From Candidatus Iainarchaeum sp. (GTDB lineage Archaea > Iainarchaeota > Iainarchaeia > Iainarchaeales > JAAZKV01): a stretch of 64,000 bases of DNA. Below the pieces are notes generated by a model that saw only the letters and a program-made list of their open reading frames with translations, was not told where the DNA came from and searched no databases. The position numbers and the translations under genes were made by a program. Location: NCBI GenBank assembly GCA_026397015.1, contig JAPLVR010000003.1:160001-224000 (forward strand), written 5' to 3'. Shown piece after piece: positions 44,505-55,100 of the stretch. How positions within the stretch are numbered: position 1 is the first letter of the stretch; each line of letters starts with the position of its first letter.

Positions 44505-47500
44505 ATGCGAAGACAAGTTTTGTTCTTATTTATGATTCTTCTTTCGGCGACTGTTTTTGCGGACTACTGTGTTAACAGGACTGGACCCGGTTATCTTGTG
44601 GGTTGCGGTGTGCTAGGAGTACAAAGCGGGTTTTCAACCTGCATTTATAACACCGACGCCGCCATGACTAAAATTAAGACTGTATTGAATTATACTGGAC
44701 CGAACTGCGGAGTAAGAGTTACTTGTTACAATATTGGCAGTGGCGCTAGTGCTGGTCTGCAAGTTTGTGCGGGATATGATACTGGTTGTTATGCGCCAGG
44801 CGCAGGGTCGTGCGTTTGCAGCCCGAATAGCCAATTTGCCCCTGAAACATGTTCAAATGGTTTTACCTATAAAACTTGTAACGGTAATGGTGACGGTTAT
44901 TCACAGGCGAACTGCCAGCGGATTGGCGGTAACTGCAGCGGTGGAGACATATTTTATACATCCAGGCTTAACACATCCTGCCCCCCAATAAACGGGCAAT
45001 GTGTTCAAGACGTTTATGGCGCCCTAAATGGCCTGGGATACTGGGAACAATCCTCAGGGGCAAGGGCTTACTGCGATACTGTGAATTATCATGGCCTTCA
45101 GGTGGCACAGGCATGCGTTAAAACAGATGGTTCATGTATCCCAAAGGTCTGTACAGCGAATGCGTATGAGACGAGGGTGTGCACCAACAACAAGGGATTC
45201 CAATGGAGACAATGCAACGGATCTGGAACAGGATACAACGCCGACTGGTCAGCCTGCATAACCATCCCGGGAGGAAACTGCACCACAACAACCGGCGACC
45301 AATTCTACACACTAAGAGCAAACACCACCTGCACCCAATCAGGACTAGCAGACGGATCATCATGCAGCCAAAACTACACTAACCAATTAAACTCACTAGG
45401 ATACAGCGGACCATACACAGGAACAAGAGTGTATTGTGAAAGCGGGTCATATGCAGGTTTTACAGCGGGAGAGGTGTGCGTAAAAACAGATGCAGCCTGC
45501 AACCCACCAATCTGCACAGCAAACGCATACGAAGCAAAAGTATGCGCCAACAACAAAGGATTCCAATACAGAAAATGCAACGCAAACGGAACAGGATACG
45601 AACCAGACTGGCAACCATGCACAGCACTGCCTGGAGGGGATTGTAAAACAATAACCGGGGATTTATTTTATACATCAAGACTGGAAGGCAAAAACTGCTC
45701 CCAATACGGGTTCGCAGGACAGACTGGATACTCGGCATGCGTACAAAGCATTAACAGAAGTGTTTTGGACGCAGTAGGATATACGGGACCATACATCGGA
45801 GCAAGAGCATACTGCGACGATGAAACATACCAAGGCGCAACTGCAGCAGAAGCATGCGTAAAAACAGATTCTTCTTGCGGAGCACCGTGCACAGTGGGGC
45901 AAATAGAAGCACAAACCTGTGACAATGACAATGGATACAAGTACAGAACATGCAACTCAACAGGAACGGCATGGAACGACTGGACCACATGCGCACCGCT
46001 ACCAGGAACAAACTGCGGAGCAGGAACAACCAAAATATTCTACAAAGCATTCCTCAACAAAACATGTGCGGAAGTCGCCCAGGGAAGAACAAATGTCTGT
46101 ATACAAGACGTATTCCAAATAGCGTGGAATAATGGGTACAGGGGCCTGGCAACGGGGGCAAAGGTATATTGTGATGATTACAGGACATCAAGCTTATACG
46201 GGGCAGGATTCTGCGTAAAGGTGGCTACGGAATGCGACCAGTCAGTCTGCACACCCGGAAAATACGAGGCAAGGGAATGCATAAACAAGAGGGCGGATAC
46301 CAAAATGCCAAGCGGATATCAATACAGGCAATGCAACACAACAGGGCAAGCATGGGGCGACTGGTCAACATGCGCACCAATACCGGGAATAAACTGCGGA
46401 ACCGGAATCACAAAAATATTCTACTACCCGAAACTCAACGTTACGTGTGCAGGGGTCGGGATACCGACAAGCGGACTATGCATACAAACAGTACTCCAAC
46501 AAGCAAAAGCACTCGGATACACCGGACCAGAAACAGGCGCAAGAGCATATTGTGATAATTACAGAACCGAAGATATATTCGGTGCGGGAGCATGCGTAAG
46601 AACGGACACAGGCTGCAATACCGGCTGCATATGCACCGACCAATACGACCCTGTTTGCGGAACAGACGGAAAAACTTATCCTAATGAATGCGCCGCGAGA
46701 TGCGCGAAAATAGCGGTCGCGTATGAAGGCGAATGCAAAGAAAACTGCGCAAAGGAAGGGGAAGGAATCTGCAACACATGCACACCGGGAAGCGGACCAA
46801 CGGAATGCTGCACCGGGCTGACAAAAATAACGCCCGCAAGTAAGCTAAATGATGATTGCACTTTGAAAAATATAGTCGGCGGACAATCATCAGTCTGCAC
46901 CCATTGTGGAGACGACATTTGCGGAACCGGAGAAAACAAATGCAACTGTCCACAGGATTGCAATCCCATTAAATGCGAAACAAGTAAAGATTGTTTAAGG
47001 GGTTGCATAGGGCCGAAAGCGACTTACGGTTCCTGCACGAACGGGCAATGTGTATATACTAGATGTGAAACGGATGGCAGTGGCATTGACAGATGTGCTG
47101 CAGACACCGCACCGCCAACGTGCGACAAAAGATGCGACGCGGACTGCGAAACCAACGCGGACTGCATGGTTACTTGCGCCCAAAATTTATGCGCGATTGG
47201 CGAAACCAATTGTGCAGAATGCCCTGAATACACCTGCAACAGAGAATCCTGCGAGTGTGAGCCGGTAGTAGTACCTGTACCGCGGTTTAATTTGACAGTG
47301 CATACTGGCTGGAATATTTTCTCGATACCCGGAGCATTGAGCCTACTGAGCAATAATTGCGATTCAAGCAGATTTAGAATTTACGAATACACCCCCTCTT
47401 CAATACCTTGGTTTGTTCCTGTAAGCAACGTTGAAATAGGAAAGGCATATTTACTATATTACCCTCTGGCAGATTGTTCGGTGAGAGGAACCATAACAGA

Positions 47501-47780
47501 GGCAATCAGTTCAAGCGAATTGCCGGCTGTCAGAACAGGCTGGAATTTCATACCTGTTCTTGTTGATATGATTGGAATGAAGGTGAGCGATCTTGTACCT
47601 GATTGTGGAGCCGTTAGGGCGTACTTCTACGATGCCGAAGCAGTTGGATTCGTTGACATAACTAATACTATTTTAACTTCAAGTGATTTAGGCCAAGGAT
47701 TCGGATTGTTTGCAATGAATGGCTGCACGGTTACAACACCATCGGAACCTGGCTTCCCTGCATTACCGGAGGCTGACTAA
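44505..47780 (+). CDS. Secreted Cys-rich repeat protein with a Kazal domain
   Basis: Signal peptide; five ~120-aa repeats; CTDQYDPVCGTDGKTYPNEC; C-terminal GWN repeats. Confidence 0.8.
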   Translation: MRRQVLFLFMILLSATVFADYCVNRTGPGYLVGCGVLGVQSGFSTCIYNTDAAMTKIKTVLNYTGPNCGVRVTCYNIGSGASAGLQVCAGYDTGCYAPGAGSCVCSPNSQFAPETCSNGFTYKTCNGNGDGYSQANCQRIGGNCSGGDIFYTSRLNTSCPPINGQCVQDVYGALNGLGYWEQSSGARAYCDTVNYHGLQVAQACVKTDGSCIPKVCTANAYETRVCTNNKGFQWRQCNGSGTGYNADWSACITIPGGNCTTTTGDQFYTLRANTTCTQSGLADGSSCSQNYTNQLNSLGYSGPYTGTRVYCESGSYAGFTAGEVCVKTDAACNPPICTANAYEAKVCANNKGFQYRKCNANGTGYEPDWQPCTALPGGDCKTITGDLFYTSRLEGKNCSQYGFAGQTGYSACVQSINRSVLDAVGYTGPYIGARAYCDDETYQGATAAEACVKTDSSCGAPCTVGQIEAQTCDNDNGYKYRTCNSTGTAWNDWTTCAPLPGTNCGAGTTKIFYKAFLNKTCAEVAQGRTNVCIQDVFQIAWNNGYRGLATGAKVYCDDYRTSSLYGAGFCVKVATECDQSVCTPGKYEARECINKRADTKMPSGYQYRQCNTTGQAWGDWSTCAPIPGINCGTGITKIFYYPKLNVTCAGVGIPTSGLCIQTVLQQAKALGYTGPETGARAYCDNYRTEDIFGAGACVRTDTGCNTGCICTDQYDPVCGTDGKTYPNECAARCAKIAVAYEGECKENCAKEGEGICNTCTPGSGPTECCTGLTKITPASKLNDDCTLKNIVGGQSSVCTHCGDDICGTGENKCNCPQDCNPIKCETSKDCLRGCIGPKATYGSCTNGQCVYTRCETDGSGIDRCAADTAPPTCDKRCDADCETNADCMVTCAQNLCAIGETNCAECPEYTCNRESCECEPVVVPVPRFNLTVHTGWNIFSIPGALSLLSNNCDSSRFRIYEYTPSSIPWFVPVSNVEIGKAYLLYYPLADCSVRGTITEAISSSELPAVRTGWNFIPVLVDMIGMKVSDLVPDCGAVRAYFYDAEAVGFVDITNTILTSSDLGQGFGLFAMNGCTVTTPSEPGFPALPEAD

Positions 47781-47783
47781 AGC

Positions 47784-48005
47784 ATGGAAAAAAAATTTGT
47801 TTTAGTTATACTTATTTTGGCAATAGTTGTTTCAATGCTGCTGCTTGGCTGCACATATGAGGCGTCAGTTTGCGGCGACAGAATGTGCAACGGGCGGGAA
47901 ACAGCCAGCACATGCCCTAATGATTGCGGAAGCAACGCTGCATCGCCACCTGCACTGCCTGCCAACGGAGACAGCGGAGTAGAGCCAACAATGCCTTGGC
48001 AATAA
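47784..48005 (+). CDS. Small Cys-rich lipoprotein
   Basis: LLLGC lipobox; CGDRMC...CPNDC. Confidence 0.65.
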   Translation: MEKKFVLVILILAIVVSMLLLGCTYEASVCGDRMCNGRETASTCPNDCGSNAASPPALPANGDSGVEPTMPWQ

Positions 48006-48100
48006 AATATTCTAATATAAAATTAGAGTTCATCGTGGGCAAATCGAAAAATTAATTATTAAAAAAAGCAATTTATACATAACCCTGATTATTTTAAAAA

Positions 48101-49615
48101 TCATTTTTTTGCCAGCGCCTTGTTGATTCCTTTTATCAGCGCCTGCGCACTAGCCATAACGATGTCCTCGTTAATGGCTTCCGCCTCATAAATTTTTCCG
48201 CTGCCGTTTGAAACTTTTACAACAACATCTGCCAACGCATCCGTGCCGCCTGTAATCGCCTTCAAATAGTAGTCCTTCAGGAAAATCTGCTGGGGGATGA
48301 CTGATTTTATCGCATTGCTTACCGCATCAACCGGACCCAGCCCGTAACCAACCGCCTCAACACTCTTGCCGTCAATCACGAGTTTTATTTTCGCCTTCGG
48401 CCTTGTTTTGTTTCCGGTTTCAATAAACAGTTCGTCAAGAACTACACGCTGCTCTTCTTTCTTCAGTTCCTTCGTAACATCACCCGCAATCGCCACGATA
48501 TCCTCTTCAAGGACAATTTTCTGCTTGTCGGCAAGGTCCTTTATTTTTTTGGTCACTTGGGCAAGCTGCCCCTCGCTTAAAATGAAGCCCATTTCCTCAA
48601 GGACTTTTTTCGCCGCGTGCTTTCCGCTGTGCTTACCCAAAACAAGTTTTGTTTTTTTGCCGATAATTTTTGGATTAATTATTTCGTAAGTTTCTGAGTT
48701 GGCAAGGATGCCGTGCTGATGGATGCCCGATTCGTGGGAGAAGGCGTTTTCGCCGACTATGGCCTTGTTGCGCTGAACGGAAATTCCAGAAAGGCTGCTT
48801 ACCATCTGCGAAGTTGCATAAATTTCTTTCAAATTGATATTTGTTTCTGCTTTGAAAAAATTTTTGCGCGCATAAAGGTTCATTGCGACCTCTTCAAGCG
48901 CGGCATTGCCTGCGCGCTCCCCCAAACCGTTAATTGTGCACTCTACCTGCGAAGCGCCGTTCGCTACGCCGGCAAGGCTGTTTGCAACCGCAAGACCCAA
49001 ATCGTTGTGGCAATGGGTGCTTATTGCAATTCCTTCAATATTCGGCACTTCTTCCCTAATTTTTTTCACCAAGACGCCGTACTCTGCAGGCTGGGAATAG
49101 CCGACCGTATCTGCAACATTTATGGTGGAGGCGCCGGCTTCAATCGTTTTCTCGATAACCCCGAGCAAAAAAGGCACATCGGAACGGGTTGCGTCCATCG
49201 GAGAAAATTCTATGTCGTTACAGAGGTCGGAAGCGAATTTTACCGCCTCAACGGACATTTTTAGGGCATCCGCACGCGAAATTTTGAACTGCTCTTTCAA
49301 GTGGATATCCGAAGTGGACATAAATGTGTGAATGCGGGGCTTTTTCGCGCTTTGAAGCGCTTTCCACGCAACTTTTATGTCATTTTCGCGGGCGCGGGCA
49401 AGGGCGGCAATCTTGGACTTCTTAATTATCGAAGAAATTTCTGAAACAGCTTTGAAGTCTTCGTCGCTCGAAACAGGGAAGCCTGCTTCAATAATATCCA
49501 CTCCGAGTTTTTCCAGTTGCTTCGCTATGATAATTTTTTCGCGATGATTTATGGTTGCGCCGGGGCTCTGCTCGCCATCCCTTAATGTCGTGTCAAAAAT
49601 TTTTATTTTCCTCAC
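48101..49615 (-). CDS. leuA: 2-isopropylmalate synthase
   Basis: [41 protein letters not shown]-terminal GPVDA regulatory domain. Confidence 0.9.
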   Translation of the reverse strand: MRKIKIFDTTLRDGEQSPGATINHREKIIIAKQLEKLGVDIIEAGFPVSSDEDFKAVSEISSIIKKSKIAALARARENDIKVAWKALQSAKKPRIHTFMSTSDIHLKEQFKISRADALKMSVEAVKFASDLCNDIEFSPMDATRSDVPFLLGVIEKTIEAGASTINVADTVGYSQPAEYGVLVKKIREEVPNIEGIAISTHCHNDLGLAVANSLAGVANGASQVECTINGLGERAGNAALEEVAMNLYARKNFFKAETNINLKEIYATSQMVSSLSGISVQRNKAIVGENAFSHESGIHQHGILANSETYEIINPKIIGKKTKLVLGKHSGKHAAKKVLEEMGFILSEGQLAQVTKKIKDLADKQKIVLEEDIVAIAGDVTKELKKEEQRVVLDELFIETGNKTRPKAKIKLVIDGKSVEAVGYGLGPVDAVSNAIKSVIPQQIFLKDYYLKAITGGTDALADVVVKVSNGSGKIYEAEAINEDIVMASAQALIKGINKALAKK

Positions 49616-49704
49616 TTTATTTCCCCCACAAATTTTCCCCTATTATTTTTTCCGCATTATTTTCCCTTATTATTTCCCTCATAACCATCACACATATTTA
49701 ATAT

Positions 49705-49746
49705 AAAAACAATGAAACAGCGCCTCCCAAAAAGTAGTGGAAAGCG
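49705..49746 (-). terminator. Hairpin plus T-rich tract between the uORF and leuA
   Basis: CGCTTTCCA-(8 nt)-TGGGAGGCG-CTGTTTCATTGTTTTT on the minus strand. Confidence 0.5.
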
Positions 49747-49747
49747 G

Positions 49748-49849
49748 TTAACCCAGAAGCAAGAGCAAGTAAGCGAGAACTGTTCCGAGAACGAAGAGGC
49801 CTACAGCAGATGAAAAATCGCCTAAAAAACTTATTCCTGTTTGCCTCAT
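49748..49849 (-). promoter_or_regulatory. Leu-rich leader peptide uORF (33 aa, not in the ORF track)
   Basis: MRQTGISFLGDFSSAVGLFVLGTVLAYLLLLLG; BRE/TATA-like AAGAAACCTTTTAAAA about 35-50 nt upstream. Confidence 0.6.
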
Positions 49850-50078
49850 AAAAATCTCTCTTTCCCTATTATGCGCTTCCCCCTTTTAAAAGGTTTCTTG
49901 TTTGGATACTGAAACAAAAAATACATCCAAAAAGGGTTTTCTTGCGTAAAAAAAGGCGGAAAAACTGAAAAAATTACAAACCAAAGAAATGCCAAAAATT
50001 GCATGCCAAAAAAAGAGAACTGAAAAAACCGTGCGCCAAAGAAATACAAATAAAAGGGAGTTAGGGCATAATTAATCA

Positions 50079-50660
50079 ATGAGGAAAGCCCCCAAAAAAA
50101 CAAATCCTGTTCAAAAAAAACCTTCGCAGAAAAAGCCCCGGGTTTTATCTTATGAAGAGGCCTGGGGCGGTTTTATGCCCGAAGTGGAAGAGGCACTCAT
50201 CAAGGAAAGATTGGCAAAAATGGCCCGAATTGAAAAGAGATTTGAAAGGGCTATGCCCTCCAAGGAAAGAAGCGTTTACTGGATTTATGCAAAAAGAAAA
50301 AAAGGAAATTATCCCGCGCATACCGAACGCGGCGGAAAGTGGCTGGTTTTCGTTGACGAACCTTACATTGATGCTGTTTGGAAAAAAATAAAAAAGGCGA
50401 CGGCGGACGGGCGCCTCGGTGGCTACACAAAAGTTTCAACGGCAAAACCCCTTTCGGAGGAAATGGCGAAGCGTACCGGCATGGCGGACAAGCATGTGAG
50501 AGTGGTATGTGTTTACACATATGACTATCAGGACAAAGTGGATTCCATGCGAATAAGGGAAGAACTAAGGAAGATGGGGATAATCAAAAAAATACCTTAC
50601 AAGCCCGATTATGCTGCCGGAAAATACGGCGTCGAAACTGTTGTAGAATACGAGGCTTGA
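50079..50660 (+). CDS. DUF1917 (eIF4E-like fold) protein
   Basis: GKWLVF, W..I..AT..G.LG, KVST, VCVYT.D, YKPD. Confidence 0.75.
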   Translation: MRKAPKKTNPVQKKPSQKKPRVLSYEEAWGGFMPEVEEALIKERLAKMARIEKRFERAMPSKERSVYWIYAKRKKGNYPAHTERGGKWLVFVDEPYIDAVWKKIKKATADGRLGGYTKVSTAKPLSEEMAKRTGMADKHVRVVCVYTYDYQDKVDSMRIREELRKMGIIKKIPYKPDYAAGKYGVETVVEYEA

Positions 50661-50865
50661 CAGCAAAAGTTGGCGGCGCAATTTTGAGGGATTTTTCCGT
50701 TCTCCCGCCTGCAGAAAAATATAAATAAAAGGGCTTCTCTGGCCCCTTATTGTATAAACGCGAAAGTAAGGGTGATAAAATTGTACAAGAACAGAAAAAG
50801 AAAAAACAGAAAAAGGCTTATGAAAAGCAGAAGAAAGTAAGGCGCAAAAAAGACGACAAAAAATA

Positions 50866-51450
50866 ATGGTTTTTATGCAGCCGCGGGACAGAACAAGCAG
50901 TCTGATTGGCCAGATGTTTTCCGAGTGCCACAACAGACTCGGAAGAAGCGAAGACCCCGTAAATTATGCCGGCATAATGGAATCTGTCAACTCCTCGATA
51001 ACGGAGCTGCAAAAAGTACTTCCCGAAATCGGAAAAGACGAAAGGAAGCTCGTGCTTTTTGAAGCAGCAAAACAGTTAGATTTGTTGAGGGCTAGGTTCA
51101 GGGAATCAAAAAAAGCTGAAATGACCGAACACAAAAAAGGGTTCGTTACTTTTCTGAATGAAAGGATGGTAATGATTATTGCACTCCTGCTAAAGGAAGA
51201 AAAGGACTGGCAGCTGGTGAAAAGGATTGACCAGATGATTACGCCGATTTACTATTTTGAAAGGGAAAAAGTATCGGACGCAATGAACTCAAAAGTTCCG
51301 TGGACGCCGGTTGCAACAATCGACCAGGAATATGCGGTTGAAATTTTTAGCAAACGGTTTGAAAGCGTGCTTAACAGGAATCCCGAACTCAGGGAGCAGA
51401 TGGAAGAATACAAAAAATTTTTGGAGCAGAGTGCCCCAAAAATCGAATAA
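50866..51450 (+). CDS. Hypothetical helical protein
   Basis: 194-aa ORF; no motif recognised. Confidence 0.55.
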   Translation: MVFMQPRDRTSSLIGQMFSECHNRLGRSEDPVNYAGIMESVNSSITELQKVLPEIGKDERKLVLFEAAKQLDLLRARFRESKKAEMTEHKKGFVTFLNERMVMIIALLLKEEKDWQLVKRIDQMITPIYYFEREKVSDAMNSKVPWTPVATIDQEYAVEIFSKRFESVLNRNPELREQMEEYKKFLEQSAPKIE

Positions 51451-51511
51451 AAAAATTTCAAACGAAACTCGAATAAAAAAATTTTAAGAATTGAAAACCC
51501 GGTTTGCAATG

Positions 51512-51883
51512 TTAAGAATAAATTATTTTTTTCAAATCAATTTTTCTTATTCCTATTTCGAGGAAGCCGTCCGCACGCCCCTTGACAAGTTCACCGCTCA
51601 ATATCGAGCCGTCGGCTGCGCTCGCCAGAACATTCATCTTTATGATGAGTTCTTTTCCTTTCCTCTCAACAGTTCCATTGGCCGTTTCAAGTTTGAATCT
51701 CCTGTCGCGCGCATGATTCGTTACAGAACCTATTTTTCCATGGGAACTCACTTCAAAGTCGCGCATTCCGCCGTTAGAACTCACTATTAACCCATATTTT
51801 ATGTCATTTTCTTTCGTGAAGGCATCTAAACATTTGCAAATATCCTCTCCGTCATCCAAAGACATAGTTATAACCCCTGCCAT
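51512..51883 (-). CDS. PPC/DUF296-like protein
   Basis: LDDGEDI...L..F...DI..G pattern; RBS GGTGGTGA. Confidence 0.55.
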   Translation of the reverse strand: MAGVITMSLDDGEDICKCLDAFTKENDIKYGLIVSSNGGMRDFEVSSHGKIGSVTNHARDRRFKLETANGTVERKGKELIIKMNVLASAADGSILSGELVKGRADGFLEIGIRKIDLKKIIYS

Positions 51884-52185
51884 TTTTTCACCACCATAAA
51901 AAAAGACGATAACTCAAAAAAATTATGAAAATTACCGTTCTTTTATCACTCCGATTCAGCACTATATACCCTTTATCGGGAATATAAACCTAATCATTCA
52001 ACCGGCCTGCTGATTTTACCATAATTTTCAATTATTTTATTTTTTTTTGCGGTGTTTTTTGAAAATATTTAAAAAAAATAAAAAAACATTTTCGTCAAAC
52101 AACGTAAACAGACAATTTAAATACAACCTCTGACATAACAATAGCGATTGGTACAAACATCAAATTAAAAGATTAACAAAGCAGG

Positions 52186-55100
52186 ATGATCAATTTGGAA
52201 TTTTTCAAAAAAAATCTGATCTGTTTCGCAGTTCTATTTTTCGCTTCGATTATTCCGGGCGTTTGCGGTGCCGCAGTGCAAATTGACATAAACGGGCAGT
52301 ATTATCTCGGCGGAGCGGTGACAATATCCGGAACAGTTGCTCCGGCGGCTGCAAATGATTTGAATATTTATCTTACCAACGCGTCAAGCGGCGCGGTATT
52401 TGACAGCAACACTGTGGCTGCCGATGCAAACGGGGCGTATTCCATAACATACAATTATTTGAGCGCTGGCGACTATAACGGGCTGGTAACAGATGCAAAT
52501 TCAAGCGCGACCAATAGATTTTACCTAAAAATAACCAATTATGCAAGCATAGACATCAATTTTGTTGGAAGTATGCCGCCTTTAAATATCGGCCAGGCAT
52601 TGGTTGCGAATTTTACTTTGAGGGATTATAATAATGCAGTGGTAACAAGTGATTACAACATCGCATTAAAACTTGTTGATTCGGATGGAACCGTTGTCAA
52701 GGATCAAAACAACTATGTTCCAAAATCAGGCGGGGCAAACAGAACTGATGATTATAACTTCGGCGCTCTTCCCACTCCAGGAACATATACAATAATAGTG
52801 GACAACGGAGTAACTGGGTTTAATGTTCCAGTGATAGCGTACAACTTATTTGTTAATTCGTTCAATTCCAGCACCGGCGACCCCCAAAAGATATTTGCCG
52901 CGGGACAGGACGCGAATGTAAAGGTGTTCATGAGCAACACAAGCGGAACCCCGATAACAAGCGGAACTATTTCAGGAACAATACAAGCGCCAAGTAGCGT
53001 TACACAATCCCCACTAACTTTCACCCCATACGGCGGCTATTTCATGGCGAATACGGGCGCATTAAGCACGCAAGGAGAATATACAATAAGAGTTAGTGCG
53101 AGCGCACTCGGTTACAGCCAAAACCAGGAATTAAAACTTAAAATCCAAAGCTACTCGATGTTATTGCAGCCGAAAAAGAATGAAAGCGCCGGAAAGAAAG
53201 AGAGGATGAAGGGAGCATACAGCACTTCTTCGCAGGCGATTCTTGAACTGAGCATAACCGACTTGAACACAAACATGGCTCTCGCAGGATTGGATTTGAA
53301 TAGCGCCTGCAATAAAAACAAATTATCGCTTACTGTTTACAAGGCGGGTTCGACTGTTGGAACAAGCGTTACTTTCGATGTGAATAATGTGCCGGATAAG
53401 ACATGCGATTTGAATTTTGTTACGCCTTCATCAACAGGAGAATATCGTTACAAACTGGTCGGCACGGACATGAATGTGGCAAATACTGTGCAGGATTTGG
53501 CAACATCAACCGGATTGAAAGTGCAGAATCAGATGGTGTTCTTCGACGCGGTTGATCCATCTGCATATGCGCAGGATTCGAGCAATTCGTGGAAATTCAC
53601 TTTCTACAAAGATGAAAACATCGGGTTTGTTGCAAATGTAATTGATTTGAATGTGAGTGATGATGCGGATGTTTCTGCAGTAAGTAAGGCAACAATAATG
53701 CAGAACGGCCAGCGCATAACAATAACCAACACTGTTGATAAAAATTATCTTGATTATAACGCGGAGTCGCATGTGCTGTTAATGCTCGGAAGCGCACTCA
53801 CTGATAATAATGTTTCCGCAGGGTTCGTTCCGATAGAATTCACGGTAGATGTAAATTCAAATAATGACGCGATGGATGCGAATAGCATTACTGCATTCGG
53901 CGCGTTCAAATACAAAATAATGAATATTTCTTCGATGCCGGCGGATGAAAACGGCGGCTCAAAATCAACAATGTTCGGACCGCCGGTATTCCACTCAGAT
54001 ACCGAAGGAGTTTACCTTCAGGTTTCGGTTACGAATGCGGGCGGAACTGCGATAAAATATGCCAATGTTGAGCTTTACTCTCTTAGAAATGTAGATGACT
54101 GGAATGAACTGAGCGTTGCCCCGATAAACGCGATTTCGGATAACAATAATCTTATTACGAGCAGCGCCGGAACGGCACATCTTCACTTGGGCACACTCTC
54201 TTCAGGGATTTACTTCGGGCAGGTGAAAGTAACAAACGGAAGCACGATTGATTATGGGGATTTCTTTTTGATGGTGAAAAGTTACATTGTTAATGCACAG
54301 CCATTGACAGTGGAAAACGGCCAGTGCATGTTCATGAATTCAATCGGACAGAACAGCGATTTCAACATGGTGATAATGGCGATGAACCCTGCGCTGGGAA
54401 TGCCTGTTAATGATTATGTTCCGGATGAAAACGGCACGAAAGTGTTCCTCATGAGCATGGGGGAAGAATTCAAGGAACCGACAATATACGATGTTACTTT
54501 GAGCAGCCCGTTTGATTTCAATTGTACGGGAATGATGGGTCCTCCGGGCGAAGTGCAGACATTCAAAGCAATGACAGTTCACCCGAACGGCGATTCTAAC
54601 TGGCAGGCGGGAAATTACAGGGTGCTTGTGAAAGGAAGTTCTGCTGAGCTTGGAGCGGAAGCCGGAGACGGCTTTTTCAGGGTGCAACCATTTAAATTCA
54701 GTTTAATGCCGTTGGCAATGACGGGCATGGGCGGCGGAGACCAAAAGATGCTTAATGCGACACCGGGTTCGGCTTTTGATTTCAATGTCATATCGGACAA
54801 GAGCATTACTCTGAGAGCAATTCTTGTTGATGAAAAAACACAGCAGGATGTTAACAGCAATATTAATTTTGTTAACAACAGCAACACAGTCAATGCAAAT
54901 GAACTCACAACCGTTTCGGTTCTTATCCCGTCAAATATCCCTTTATCTGAATACCCGCTGATAGTTTTCGGTGATGACACTTCGGGCAACCAGGCGGAGC
55001 AGGATTTATTCCTAAGAATGAGCCTTTTCAATTTGGTTGTGCCAAGCGGTATTGGAAATCAAAATCTGCAGTATCAGCAAAGCAATACGGGGGCATATGA

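Noticed and set aside
45149-45670. DGR template/variable repeat pair in the Cys-rich gene
   Set aside because: Differences include many C/T and synonymous changes rather than adenine-only ones; both copies are in-frame protein repeats; no reverse transcriptase is in the window.
49846-50103. 85-aa Phe-rich minus-strand ORF upstream of the leader peptide
   Set aside because: Its Phe richness reflects A-tracts in a divergent promoter region, and it runs across the TATA-like box.
50413-50430. GCCTCGGTGGCT as the missing tRNA 5' half
   Set aside because: It lies inside the DUF1917 CDS and no D-arm or anticodon arm follows.
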